Notes under the pieces: model-generated | What the model was told of the DNA's origin: nothing | The model's input: only the letters and a program-made list of their open reading frames with translations | Databases searched by the model: none | Assembly: GCA_051884215.1 (NCBI GenBank) | Contig: JBJEVF010000007.1 | Coordinates: forward strand, 10,497-74,496 | Direction of reading: 5' to 3' | DNA: 64,000 nucleotides | Origin: Christensenellaceae bacterium | Lineage (GTDB): Bacteria; Bacillota; Clostridia; Christensenellales; Borkfalkiaceae | Program-made: the position numbers and the translations under genes | Shown: positions 18,031-28,293 of the stretch, piece after piece | Layout of the letters: every line of letters begins with the position of its first letter | Position numbering within the stretch: position 1 is the first letter of the stretch

Positions 18031-19050
18031 ATGAAAGAAAAAATATCTAATTTATACGACCAAGCGGTTGAAGCTGTCGCTAATTGCCGTAATCTTAGCG
18101 ATATCAACAATCTTAAAGTTTCTTTGCTTGGAAAAAGCGGTCAGGTGACTGAATTGCTGAAAGGCATGAGGGAGGTAGAACCTTCCGAGCGTCCTAAAAT
18201 CGGTCAGATGGTGAACGATTTAAGGGTGAAAATCGAAAACCTTATCAATGAAAAACTTGACGTTTTTAAGCAAGAACAGTTAAACGAAAGGTTAAAAAGC
18301 GAGGCAATAGATATTACTTTGCCTTCTAAAAAGAATCAGATCGGATCTTTGCACCCTATAACGCTCATAAAAAACGAGCTTGTGGAGGCTTTTTCGGGCT
18401 TAGGCTTCAAGCTGTTCGAAGGTCCTGAAATCGAGTTTGATAAAAACAATTTTCAGCTTTTGAATATTCCCGAAGATCACCCTGCGCGCGATATGCAGGA
18501 TACGTTTTATATTACTGACGGTATATTGTTAAGGACGCACACTTCGCCGGGACAAGTCAGAGTTATGACTACTGAACAACCTCCTATCAAGGTGCTTTGT
18601 CCGGGCAGGGTGTACAGAAGCGACGACGACGCTACGCATTCGCCGATCTTCCACCAGATTGAAGGACTTGTCGTCGATAAAAATATAACTCTGTGCGACC
18701 TGAAGGGTTCGCTTGAAGAAATTTTGAAAAGCGTTTTCGGAAAGGATATAAGAACTAGGCTGAGACCTTCTTATTTCCCGTTTACCGAGCCGAGCGTTGA
18801 AATAGACGTTTCCTGCTTCGAATGCGGCGGTAAAGGTTGCAAGCTATGCAAAGGCACGGGTTGGATAGAGGTTTTAGGCGGTGGTATGGTCAACCGTAAG
18901 GTAATAGAAAACTGCGGACTCGATCCCGACGTATATCAGGGATATGCGTTCGGAATAGGTCTCGAACGTTTTGCTATGCTCAAATACCATATTCCCGATA
19001 TAAGGTTGTTCTTTGACAGCGACGTAAGATTTTTAAAACAGTTCAAGTAA
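18031..19050 (+). CDS. pheS: Phenylalanine--tRNA ligase alpha subunit
   Basis: Class II aaRS motifs (HPARDMQDTFY, RTHTSPGQVR, GFAFGIGLERFAML) and the Firmicute-type CxxC..CxxC insert. 339 aa. Confidence 0.97.
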   Translation: MKEKISNLYDQAVEAVANCRNLSDINNLKVSLLGKSGQVTELLKGMREVEPSERPKIGQMVNDLRVKIENLINEKLDVFKQEQLNERLKSEAIDITLPSKKNQIGSLHPITLIKNELVEAFSGLGFKLFEGPEIEFDKNNFQLLNIPEDHPARDMQDTFYITDGILLRTHTSPGQVRVMTTEQPPIKVLCPGRVYRSDDDATHSPIFHQIEGLVVDKNITLCDLKGSLEEILKSVFGKDIRTRLRPSYFPFTEPSVEIDVSCFECGGKGCKLCKGTGWIEVLGGGMVNRKVIENCGLDPDVYQGYAFGIGLERFAMLKYHIPDIRLFFDSDVRFLKQFK

Positions 19051-19062
19051 AAGGAGTGCGGT

Positions 19063-21459
19063 ATGAGAGTTCCGAAAAGTTGGTTAAACGATTATGTAAA
19101 GGTCGATGATCTTGATAACGAATATATAAAAAATAAGCTGTTTTCCTGCGGTTTTGAGGTTGAGGAGATTATAGAAATCAACAAAAACGTCAAGAACGTC
19201 GTTACCTGCAAGCTTATTGAAAAAAACAGGCATCCCGACGCTGAAAAGCTATTTGTTTGCAGCGTTGACGCAGGAAAATACGGTATTTTGCAGATTGTAA
19301 CGAACGCTACCAACGTTCAGGTCGGCGATATAGTTCCCGTTGCGCTGTGCGACGCTGTTTTAAGCGACGGTACCGTTATTAAAAAAGGAAAACTCAGGGG
19401 CGTAGAGTCCTTCGGTATGTTCTGCGGCGGTGAAGAAATAGGAATTACCGATGAGTATTACGACGGCGCAAGCAACGATTCCGTCCTTATTTTCAATGAT
19501 GACTTTAATCTTGGCGAGGACGTAGCCGAATTGCTCGGCATTAAAGATACCGTTTTCGACGTATCCGTTACGGCAAACAGACCTGATTGTCAGAGCATTT
19601 TAGGCATCGCAAGGGAAGTCGGCGCAGTATTGAACCGTCCGCTTACTTTGCCCGATTTTTCGTATAAATGCGGTGAAATTTCCACTAAGGATATGGTCGA
19701 GGTCGAAAATCTCGATACTGATTTGTGTTCAAGATATATGGCTGCTTACGTTTCCGATATTAAGATTGAGCCGTCTCCTAAGTGGATGCAAAAGCGACTT
19801 GCTCTTATGGGCGTGAGAGCGATAAACAATATAGTCGATATCACAAATTACGTCCTTAACGAAATCGGACAGCCTATGCACGCGTTCGATTACAGAGAGC
19901 TGGAAGATAATAAGATTATTATAAGGCGTGCAACTGACGGCGAAAAGATAGTAACGCTCGACGAAAAAGAATTTACTTTATCCAACGACAATCTCGTTAT
20001 TTGCGACGGCAAAAAGCCGAGTGCGTTAGCGGGCATTATGGGCGGCGCCGGTAGCGGTATTAAAGAAGATACCTCCGCCATCGTTTTTGAATCGGCAAGG
20101 TTTAAAAGGGATAATATCAGAAAGACTTCGAGGAATTTAGGACAGCGTTCCGATTCTTCCGCAAGGTTCGAAAAGGGCGTGGACGCATTATCGTGCGAGC
20201 TCGGTTTAACGAGAGCATTAAATCTTATTTGCGCTTTAAACGCAGGCACCGTATGTAAAGATTATACCGATTTAAATTCGGTAAGTATGAACAAAAACGT
20301 AGTAAATACTACGTTTAAACAAATAGAAGGATTGCTCGGAGTAAAGGTGCAGGAAAACGTAGTCGTCGATATTTTGTCAAGACTTAACTTCGTCTGCAAG
20401 GCGGAAGGCGATAATCTTGAAGTTGAAGTGCCGTTATACCGTGAGGACGTAGAAAGTTATCCGGATTTGTGTGAAGAGATAATAAGAATGTACGGTTATG
20501 ACCATATTACTTCAAAACTGCTCGATAACGCTACGATTACCATCGGCGGAAGAAACGAATTGCAAAATAAAGAGCTTATAGCAAAAAACAGTCTTGTTTC
20601 AAGCGGATTTAACGAAATAATTACTTATTCGTTCATATCGCCTAAGGATTTTGAAAACTTCGGTTTCAATATCGACGATATTCAACCAATTAAACTATTC
20701 AATCCGCTCGGTGAAGATTTAAGCCTTATGCGGACGACTTTGATACCTTCAATGGTAAACGCCGTCAGTCGCAACTTATCCAAAAAGAATCTCAGCGGCA
20801 AGCTTTTTGAGCTTGCAAAGGTATATCTTGCCAAGGAATTGCCGTTAAAGGAATTGCCGCACGAAAAGCAGGTGCTTGCTCTTAGCGCATTCGGCGACGG
20901 CGAAGATTTCTTCACGATGAAAGGCTATATCGAAAACCTTTTAACCGCCGTGAAGTTTTCAAAGAATTACAGCGTGGAAAAATGCGACGTCGGATTTATG
21001 CACCCGTCTCGCTCGGCTTCGCTCATAACTGATAACGGCGAAAGCTTCGGTTATTTCGGTGAATTGAGTCCGATTATTTCCGAAAAGCTCGGAATAGATA
21101 AACGCATATATATCGCAGAGCTCGATTATGAAAAATTAAGCGAGAGCTTTGACGGAGCTATCTGTTTTAAAAATTATTCAAAATATCCTTCGGTAGAGCG
21201 TGACCTTGCCTTGGTTTGCGACGGCGAAATTTCAAACCGCTCTGTTGTCGATACGATTTTGTCTGCAAACGTCAGGAATTTAATAGACGTCAGCTTGTTC
21301 GACGTTTATACAGGCGAACGCATCGAAAAGGGCAAAAAGAGTCTTGCTTACAGACTGACTTTTTCCAGCGAAGAAAAAACGCTTTCCGTTGAAGAAGTTG
21401 ACGCATATATCAAGAAAATACTTAAAAAACTTAACGAAAAGGGAATTGTTTTAAGGTAA
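19063..21459 (+). CDS. pheT: Phenylalanine--tRNA ligase beta subunit
   Basis: 798 aa. N-terminal tRNA-binding OB fold, B3/4, B5 and FDX-ACB (C-terminal LAYRLTFSS) domains. Located directly after pheS. Confidence 0.96.
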   Translation: MRVPKSWLNDYVKVDDLDNEYIKNKLFSCGFEVEEIIEINKNVKNVVTCKLIEKNRHPDAEKLFVCSVDAGKYGILQIVTNATNVQVGDIVPVALCDAVLSDGTVIKKGKLRGVESFGMFCGGEEIGITDEYYDGASNDSVLIFNDDFNLGEDVAELLGIKDTVFDVSVTANRPDCQSILGIAREVGAVLNRPLTLPDFSYKCGEISTKDMVEVENLDTDLCSRYMAAYVSDIKIEPSPKWMQKRLALMGVRAINNIVDITNYVLNEIGQPMHAFDYRELEDNKIIIRRATDGEKIVTLDEKEFTLSNDNLVICDGKKPSALAGIMGGAGSGIKEDTSAIVFESARFKRDNIRKTSRNLGQRSDSSARFEKGVDALSCELGLTRALNLICALNAGTVCKDYTDLNSVSMNKNVVNTTFKQIEGLLGVKVQENVVVDILSRLNFVCKAEGDNLEVEVPLYREDVESYPDLCEEIIRMYGYDHITSKLLDNATITIGGRNELQNKELIAKNSLVSSGFNEIITYSFISPKDFENFGFNIDDIQPIKLFNPLGEDLSLMRTTLIPSMVNAVSRNLSKKNLSGKLFELAKVYLAKELPLKELPHEKQVLALSAFGDGEDFFTMKGYIENLLTAVKFSKNYSVEKCDVGFMHPSRSASLITDNGESFGYFGELSPIISEKLGIDKRIYIAELDYEKLSESFDGAICFKNYSKYPSVERDLALVCDGEISNRSVVDTILSANVRNLIDVSLFDVYTGERIEKGKKSLAYRLTFSSEEKTLSVEEVDAYIKKILKKLNEKGIVLR

Positions 21460-23633
21460 TGGTTGAAATTTTAGCTCCTGTCGGCGGAGAAAACACGTTT
21501 TTCTCCGCAATAAACGCCGGCGCCGACGCCGTCTATTTAGGTTTGGACGATTTCAGCGCGCGCAAAAACGCAGAAAATTTTTCACTTGATAACATAGGTT
21601 ATTATTTGAATTACGCTCACGTTTTAGGAGTTAAAGTTTACGTTTGCGTCAATACTATCATAAAAGACGGCGAGCTTGAAAAATATTTCAACCTGATTGA
21701 ACGGTGCTTTAATCTCGGCGCAGACGCTTTTATCGTTCAGGATATATTTCTCGGAAAATTTCTGAAAACTAAAATTCCCGAAATATGCTTGCATTTAAGC
21801 ACTCAAGCCTGCGTGAATAACAGTCTCGGCGCGCTCTACGCAAAGGAGTGCGGTTTCAGCAGAGTAGTTCTGGCAAGAGAAACCAATATTGAAGAAATCA
21901 AAAAAATTGCAGGGATTATAGAAACGGAGGTCTTCGTTCAGGGTGCGCTTTGTTCGTCTTTGTCGGGGCATTGTTATATGTCGTCGTTTATAGGCGGTAA
22001 CAGCGGAAACAGGGGACTTTGCAGACAGCCTTGCAGAAAAACGTACCGATACGGATTTCAAGATCAATATTCCTATGCGTTATCGCTTTCGGATTTGTGT
22101 TTAAAGGATAAGGTTGACGAGCTTATTCGGGCAAACGTAACTTCGTTTAAAATCGAAGGTCGTATGCGCAGCTGCGAATACGTTGAAAACGCCGTTAAGG
22201 TTTTCAAAAACAGCGTATGCGGAAAAGATTGCAGCGTGGAATTTAACCGTATGAAAAAGGCGTTTAACCGCGGCGGATACACAACGGGTTATACTTTTGG
22301 TCTCGATAAAAACATTTTATCTCAACGGATAGCGAGCAATCTCGGCGTTATGGCAGGCAAGGTTATATCCGTTTTTCCCGAAGTCGTTAAGGTCGATAAT
22401 AATTTTGCGTCGGGTAGCGGCTTCAAGATTATCAGAAACGGCGTCGAGGTTGGTTCGGCGGTTTCTAAAACCGACGGCTGTTTTTTGAATTACGTCGGAA
22501 AGGTGGAAAAGGGAGACCTGATTTTTGTCACAAAAGACGCTTCCCAAAAAAATTCTCTTTCTCATAAAAAGGTTGAAAAAATCGCTGTTCACGCTGAATT
22601 TTTAGTTGGTAAGCAACCGAAATTATCCGCTCGGTCGGTTACGGTGTGCGCCGATTTTATTTTGGATAAAGCCAAAAATTTACCGCTTAGCTTTGACGAG
22701 CTTTTGTCTAACCTGAAAAAAACGGATAAATATCCGTTCGAGATAGAAAGTCTTGAATTTGTGACTGACGGGGTTTTTATCCCTAAATCTGTTCTGAATT
22801 CGTTAAGAGTTAAACTTTTCGACGCTTTATTCAACGTAAACCGTAAAGAGCCTTTCAGCGTAGATTTTAATTATCCGAAAATTACAGAAAATAAAGATAA
22901 AGCATTGGCTGTTATTATCAACGATTGCGGTTTTCGTGTTGACGATACGGTAACCGAAGTCGTCTTTACTCCGAAGGAATATTCGAAGCGGGTTATCGAT
23001 GAATTTTTGAATTTCTATTCAAAGGTTAAAGCTGATAAATATTTATATCTTCCGCCTTTTTCAACAGATGAAGAAATATCGAAAATTTCCGATCTTGTCA
23101 AAGGTTTTAAAGGTTTTTACGTTGAAAACAGCTTTGGTGTGAAGCTTGCGGAAAGTCTTAACGTAGCTTTGTTTTGCGGCATTGAATTAAACGTTTCAAA
23201 TTCTGTATCCGACGGATATTTATCCGGGTGCGGATATAAGGTTTGCTTGTCTAAGGAGCTTAGTTTCAAGGAATTGGCTAATCTTTCGGGATACGTCTTT
23301 TCGCTTGGTTCAATAAAGACGATGACTTTGGAATATTGCCCGAATAACAGAAATTGCTCTGAATGCGCTGTCGGCGATTTTTCTACGCTGTACGATTGCG
23401 AAAACAGAGCTTTTACGCTGAGAAGATACCGCGCCGACAGCTGCAAGTTTGAACTCTACAACAACGATATGCTTGTTGCCAAAAATATTTCGGATAAAAT
23501 GATTTTTGATTTTAGCGGCTACGACGTCGATTTTGCAAATAAAGTATTTGCTTGCTATAAACGCGGTTCGTTGAAAGCCGTAAGGGAAAATTTTAAATAT
23601 ACCAACGGCAACCTTATTAAAGGGATAAACTGA
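21459..23633 (+). CDS. Peptidase U32 family protein, long form (724 aa)
   Basis: N-terminal ILAPVGG..AINAGADAVYLGLDDFSARKNAENF and the Cys cluster GHCYMS..GNRGLCRQPCRK are typical of U32. The ATG overlaps the pheT TAA (TAATG). Confidence 0.85.
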   Translation: MVEILAPVGGENTFFSAINAGADAVYLGLDDFSARKNAENFSLDNIGYYLNYAHVLGVKVYVCVNTIIKDGELEKYFNLIERCFNLGADAFIVQDIFLGKFLKTKIPEICLHLSTQACVNNSLGALYAKECGFSRVVLARETNIEEIKKIAGIIETEVFVQGALCSSLSGHCYMSSFIGGNSGNRGLCRQPCRKTYRYGFQDQYSYALSLSDLCLKDKVDELIRANVTSFKIEGRMRSCEYVENAVKVFKNSVCGKDCSVEFNRMKKAFNRGGYTTGYTFGLDKNILSQRIASNLGVMAGKVISVFPEVVKVDNNFASGSGFKIIRNGVEVGSAVSKTDGCFLNYVGKVEKGDLIFVTKDASQKNSLSHKKVEKIAVHAEFLVGKQPKLSARSVTVCADFILDKAKNLPLSFDELLSNLKKTDKYPFEIESLEFVTDGVFIPKSVLNSLRVKLFDALFNVNRKEPFSVDFNYPKITENKDKALAVIINDCGFRVDDTVTEVVFTPKEYSKRVIDEFLNFYSKVKADKYLYLPPFSTDEEISKISDLVKGFKGFYVENSFGVKLAESLNVALFCGIELNVSNSVSDGYLSGCGYKVCLSKELSFKELANLSGYVFSLGSIKTMTLEYCPNNRNCSECAVGDFSTLYDCENRAFTLRRYRADSCKFELYNNDMLVAKNISDKMIFDFSGYDVDFANKVFACYKRGSLKAVRENFKYTNGNLIKGIN

Positions 23634-23635
23634 TA

Positions 23636-26002
23636 ATGATTGATGAAAGAACTTTAAAAAGTCTGGAATTTGATAAAGTTTTGCAAAAGGTGGGCGAGTA
23701 TGCGGTTTTGAAGCGTACTAAGTCTTTGATTTTGCAGTTAAAGCCGCAAATCGAGCTTGAACGAGTCAGATCCGAACTTGATAAAACTGAAGAAGCATTC
23801 AAGCTGTTGTTCGATTACGGAATCAGCGGAATTGAGTTTTTCGACGATATTACCGACGAACTCGAACGCTCTAAAATCGACAGCGTTTTAAACCTTGCGG
23901 AGTTGCTCAGAGTCGCAAGACTGTTAAAATGTTCGAGATTGCTATCAAACAGCGTTTTAGCCATAAATGATGAAACGATTGTAAAGATTCCCGATATCTG
24001 TATGCGGCTTTACTGCGACCAATATCTCGAAAAGGAAATCACGACAAAAATATTATCCGATGAAAAGATTGCGGATAACGCTTCCGAAAGACTGTATTCC
24101 ATCAGGCAAAAAATCAAGAAACTTAACGAAGATATTCGCGAAAAACTCAATTATTATCTTCGTAAAGGCGATAAGTATCTTCAGGACAGCGTAGTTACCA
24201 TAAGAAACGACAGATACGTTATTCCCGTTAAATCGGAATACCGCAACGAGGTTAAGGGCTTTGTGCACGATAAGTCGAGAGCCGGTTCGACGTTGTTTAT
24301 CGAACCCGTCGAGGTGTTGGAGCTCAATAACCAGCTCAGGGGTGCCATATACGACGAGGCTTTGGAAATTCAGGAGATTTTGCGTGATTTATCGCAAAAA
24401 ATTAAGCTTATTGCGGATAAGCTTTGCTATAATCTCGAAAATATATTTGAACTCGATGAGATTTTCGCTAAGGCTATATACGCTTATAAAACGAAGTCTG
24501 TAAAGCCTGACGTAAACGGAAAGCACGTCGTCGATATAAAGCGGGGCAGGCATCCGCTTATCGATAAAGACAAAGTGGTGCCTCTCGATATAAGACTTGG
24601 AGAAGATTATAATTATCTTCTGATATCGGGGCCAAATACGGGCGGTAAAACGGTTTCGCTTAAACTGCTCGGTTTGTGCGTTTTAATGGCTGAAACGGGT
24701 ATTTTTCTGCCGTGTGCGTCGGGCAGCTGCGTTTCGGTATTCAAAAACGTATTTTGCGACGTAGGCGACGAACAAAGCATAGAGCAAAGCTTATCGACTT
24801 TTTCTTCGCATATAAAAAACATTATCCACATTACGGAAAATGCGGATAACGACTCGCTCGTTCTTATAGACGAAATCGGAGCAGGTACCGATCCTGACGA
24901 GGGAAGTTGTCTGGCTCTTGCAATTATCAAGTATTTGCTTTCGTTTAAGACCTACGGAATCATCACCACTCACTATTCCGCATTGAAGGAATTTGCGATG
25001 ACGACGAAGTCTATTATGAACGCTTCTATGGATTTTGACGCAAAAACCTTTGCTCCCACTTATAACCTTAAAACAGGAATACCCGGCAATTCGAACGCCA
25101 TCGAGATTTCGTCAAGATTAGGTCTTTCGGATAAAATAACGGCAGACGCCGTATCCTTTTTATCCGACGACAAGATTTCGTTTGAAAACGTGCTGAAAAA
25201 AGCCGAAGAAACCCGCCGGGAAAGCCAAAGGGTGCTTGACGAGTACAAAAGGTTAATGAACGAAGCTCGGCTTGAATATCAAAAAGCCAAAGAAAGTAGG
25301 CTTGCTCTTGAAAAAGAGCGTGAAAATCTGCTTGCCAACGCAAAGTCTGTTTCGAGAAAAATGATAAACGAAAAAGTTGAAGAAGCCGATGAGATTTTGC
25401 AAAAAATTATAGAAATTTCAAAAAACCGTGAAATCGACGGCGGTATGGTTATTACCGCAAGGACGTTGAAAAACCGCCTTGAAGATAAAAAGTACTCGGA
25501 AGATCGTTCTGAACGGATATTTGATAAAAAACCGTTGAAAACGACCGAAATTGTTAAAAATAAAGTTGTTTTCGTTAATTCTTTGCAACAGAACGGCGTT
25601 ATCGTATCGGTAAACGCAAACAAGAAAAAAGCGTTTGTCGAAGTAAACGGCATTAAATATAACGTCAATTTTTCCGATTTGTCCGTTGCCGAAAACAAAG
25701 AAAGCAAAAAGACGGAAGCTTCGCCCAAGGTTATCGTGACAAGGCGGATATCAAACGACGTCGTTACCGAAATAAACGTAATAGGCAAGGATAAAATCGA
25801 AGCGTTATGTGAGGTCGAGCAGTTTATAGACGGAGCAATTTCACATAATCTCAATACGGTACGCATTATTCACGGCGTCGGATTAAAGGTGTTATCAACC
25901 GCAATTCACAGTTATCTGAAAAACAATAAACACGTCAAGGAGTATCGCTTCGGTGCTTACGGCGAAGGGGAGAACGGCGTAACTATAGTTACTTTGAAAT
26001 AA
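23636..26002 (+). CDS. mutS2: Endonuclease MutS2 (MutS domain plus C-terminal Smr)
   Basis: Walker A ISGPNTGGKTV, LVLIDEIGAGTDP, a long KE-rich coiled coil, and a C-terminal Smr domain (VRIIHGVG...). 788 aa. Confidence 0.95.
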   Translation: MIDERTLKSLEFDKVLQKVGEYAVLKRTKSLILQLKPQIELERVRSELDKTEEAFKLLFDYGISGIEFFDDITDELERSKIDSVLNLAELLRVARLLKCSRLLSNSVLAINDETIVKIPDICMRLYCDQYLEKEITTKILSDEKIADNASERLYSIRQKIKKLNEDIREKLNYYLRKGDKYLQDSVVTIRNDRYVIPVKSEYRNEVKGFVHDKSRAGSTLFIEPVEVLELNNQLRGAIYDEALEIQEILRDLSQKIKLIADKLCYNLENIFELDEIFAKAIYAYKTKSVKPDVNGKHVVDIKRGRHPLIDKDKVVPLDIRLGEDYNYLLISGPNTGGKTVSLKLLGLCVLMAETGIFLPCASGSCVSVFKNVFCDVGDEQSIEQSLSTFSSHIKNIIHITENADNDSLVLIDEIGAGTDPDEGSCLALAIIKYLLSFKTYGIITTHYSALKEFAMTTKSIMNASMDFDAKTFAPTYNLKTGIPGNSNAIEISSRLGLSDKITADAVSFLSDDKISFENVLKKAEETRRESQRVLDEYKRLMNEARLEYQKAKESRLALEKERENLLANAKSVSRKMINEKVEEADEILQKIIEISKNREIDGGMVITARTLKNRLEDKKYSEDRSERIFDKKPLKTTEIVKNKVVFVNSLQQNGVIVSVNANKKKAFVEVNGIKYNVNFSDLSVAENKESKKTEASPKVIVTRRISNDVVTEINVIGKDKIEALCEVEQFIDGAISHNLNTVRIIHGVGLKVLSTAIHSYLKNNKHVKEYRFGAYGEGENGVTIVTLK

Positions 26003-26003
26003 A

Positions 26004-27122
26004 ATGGAAAAGATTTATTTAGATAATGCGGCAACAACGAAGCCTGACGTGCAGTCGTTGGATAAAGCTGTCGCTTATTATAAAAACAACTACTTTAATC
26101 CTTCTGCAAAAAACAGAGATTCTGTTGAAATAGCTAAGGTTTTAAGTCAAGCGAAAAATGACGTATTACTGTCGTTTAACGGTTACGACGCCGTTTTTAC
26201 TTCTTGCGGCACGGAAGCCGACAATATGGCTATATTCGGCTTTTTTAAAAGGAAAAACGCCGTAACGACTTTGGGTGAGCATTCCGCGGTTTATAATTCT
26301 TTTATAGAATTGCAGAACAAAGGTTTTGAGGTTCGTTTTGCCGAGCTGAATGCCGACGGAAGCGTAAACAGGGAAGATTTTTTATCCTTAGTCGATGAAA
26401 ATACTACTTTTTGCAGCGTTGTTCACGTAAATAACGAAACGGGAGCCGTAAACGATATAAACACGTTAGCCAAGCTCGCTAAGCAAAAATCGAAACGATT
26501 GATATTCCATAGCGACGGAGTGCAAGCGTATCAAAAAATCGATTACAAGCTTGACGGAAACGTAGATTTATACAGCGTATCCGCTCATAAAATCGGGGCG
26601 GTTAAAGGCGTCGGCGCATTGATTTTTAAACGCGGGCTTACCGTTCCGCCGTATATCATAGGCGGTGGTCAGCAGGAAGGCTTGCGTAGCGGTACGGAGA
26701 ACGTTCTCGGCATTCTGGACTTTGCTTTCTGTGCGGAAAAGTTTCGTAATAATTTTAAAAATAACTTACAGAATGCCGAAAAATTGAAATTATTATTTCT
26801 TGAAAATTTAAAAGGCGGTAAGGTGATTTCTTCGGATAACGGTAGCCCGTATATCGTCAGCTTAAGCTTCAAGGACCTTCGTGGACAGGTTATTATGAAT
26901 ATGCTTGACGACGAAAATATCATCGTCGGGACGGGTTCAGCTTGTTCTTCAAGACGTCCGCATTCGAGAGTGCTGAAAAACGTAGGCTTATCCAAAGGCG
27001 AGCTCGACGGAGTTATAAGAGTCAGTTTCGGCTTCGATACAACCTGCGAGGAAGTTCTTTACGCCGTTGATAAAATTAACAATATAACCGAAAAATTATA
27101 TAACGTTCTATACAAAAAATAA
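26004..27122 (+). CDS. Cysteine desulfurase (NifS/NifZ type, class V aminotransferase)
   Basis: IYLDNAATT, PLP lysine in SVSAHKIGAVKG, and catalytic Cys loop GTGSACSS. Located immediately upstream of thiI. Confidence 0.9.
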   Translation: MEKIYLDNAATTKPDVQSLDKAVAYYKNNYFNPSAKNRDSVEIAKVLSQAKNDVLLSFNGYDAVFTSCGTEADNMAIFGFFKRKNAVTTLGEHSAVYNSFIELQNKGFEVRFAELNADGSVNREDFLSLVDENTTFCSVVHVNNETGAVNDINTLAKLAKQKSKRLIFHSDGVQAYQKIDYKLDGNVDLYSVSAHKIGAVKGVGALIFKRGLTVPPYIIGGGQQEGLRSGTENVLGILDFAFCAEKFRNNFKNNLQNAEKLKLLFLENLKGGKVISSDNGSPYIVSLSFKDLRGQVIMNMLDDENIIVGTGSACSSRRPHSRVLKNVGLSKGELDGVIRVSFGFDTTCEEVLYAVDKINNITEKLYNVLYKK

Positions 27123-27138
27123 GGTGTGACTTGCAAAA

Positions 27139-28293
27139 ATGAAAAAAGCTATTATCGTTCGTTACTGCGAAATACATTTAAAAGGCAAAAACAGACGTTT
27201 TTTTCAAAACCTTTTAATCGAAAACATTAAAAATTCATTAAAAAATTTTAAGTATAAGTTGGAAATTCTCAACGCAAGGTATCTTATCGAAGAATTTAAC
27301 GATAGCGATTTTGAGCCGATTTGTTCAAAGCTTCAAAAGGTATGCGGAGTGCATTCATATTCGCCTGCTTACGTTGTAAACAGCAATTACCGAGAGATTA
27401 CCGAGTGTGCACAGCTAATTTCCAAGGATAAATCAGGGGATTTTAAGGTTGAAACCAACCGTGCCGACAAGACGTTTCCGTTAAAGTCCGTTGAGCTGTC
27501 ACGCGAAGTCGGCGGCAATATTCTCGAAAGTAATCCTGCGCTTAAAGTAAACGTAATCGATCCGAAAACGGTAATAAGAATAGATATTCGTGAAGGCGGA
27601 GAAACTTTGATTTTTTCGGATACCATAAAATGTCTGAGCGGTATGCCGGTCGGCTCAGGCGGTAAGGGCGTTATAATGATTTCGGGCGGAATCGATAGTC
27701 CCGTTGCGGCGTTTATGATGGCAAAACGAGGAATGCAGCTTGAGGCGGTGCATTTTTTCAGTTACCCTTATACGAGCGAGCTTGCAAAGCAAAAGGTCAT
27801 AGATTTAACAAAAATCGTCAGCGAATATCACGGAAGCATCAATCTTCATCTTGTAAAGTTTACCGCTATACAGGAAGAAATTCACAAAAAATGTCCCGAA
27901 CAGCTTATGATAACTATGATGCGCAGGTTTATGATGCGCATAACCGAAAGAATAGCAAACAAGGTGCAAGGACAAGCTATTATTACAGGCGAGAGCTTAG
28001 GTCAGGTTGCAAGTCAGACGATAGAGAGTATAACTTCATCCAACAGCGTCGTCACCTTGCCCGTTTTAAGACCGCTTATTGCGTTTGATAAGCTCGATAT
28101 TATAGAAATTTCAAAAAAGATAGGAACGTACGAAACGTCGATTTTGCCTTATGAAGATTGTTGCACGGTATTTTTGCCGAAATTCCCTGCGATAAAGCCC
28201 AGACTCGAAACGGTGTTGAAATACGAGAGCAATCTCGACGTCGAAAAACTTATTGCAGACGCTCTCAGCGAAACGGAGGTTATAAAATTATAA
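27139..28293 (+). CDS. thiI: tRNA 4-thiouridine(8) synthase ThiI (THUMP plus PP-loop, no rhodanese domain)
   Basis: IVRYCEIHLKGKNR N-terminus and PP-loop ISGGIDSPVAAFMM. At 384 aa it ends before any rhodanese domain. Confidence 0.93.
   Translation: MKKAIIVRYCEIHLKGKNRRFFQNLLIENIKNSLKNFKYKLEILNARYLIEEFNDSDFEPICSKLQKVCGVHSYSPAYVVNSNYREITECAQLISKDKSGDFKVETNRADKTFPLKSVELSREVGGNILESNPALKVNVIDPKTVIRIDIREGGETLIFSDTIKCLSGMPVGSGGKGVIMISGGIDSPVAAFMMAKRGMQLEAVHFFSYPYTSELAKQKVIDLTKIVSEYHGSINLHLVKFTAIQEEIHKKCPEQLMITMMRRFMMRITERIANKVQGQAIITGESLGQVASQTIESITSSNSVVTLPVLRPLIAFDKLDIIEISKKIGTYETSILPYEDCCTVFLPKFPAIKPRLETVLKYESNLDVEKLIADALSETEVIKL

Noticed and set aside
25279-25866. 195-aa ORF antisense to the mutS2 coiled-coil region (also 25068-25343 and 24613-24930)
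   Set aside because: It is S/F/L-rich low-complexity sequence from the reverse translation of a K/E-rich segment, fully nested in a well-supported gene.
28158-28292. N-terminal extensions suggested by the ORF track: 28158 (aminopeptidase), 9202 (ftsQ), 50211 (recG), 14468 (typA) and 15130 (bioY)
   Set aside because: Each extension overlaps the preceding gene or lacks an RBS. The internal ATG carries a Shine-Dalgarno sequence and matches the usual family N-terminus.
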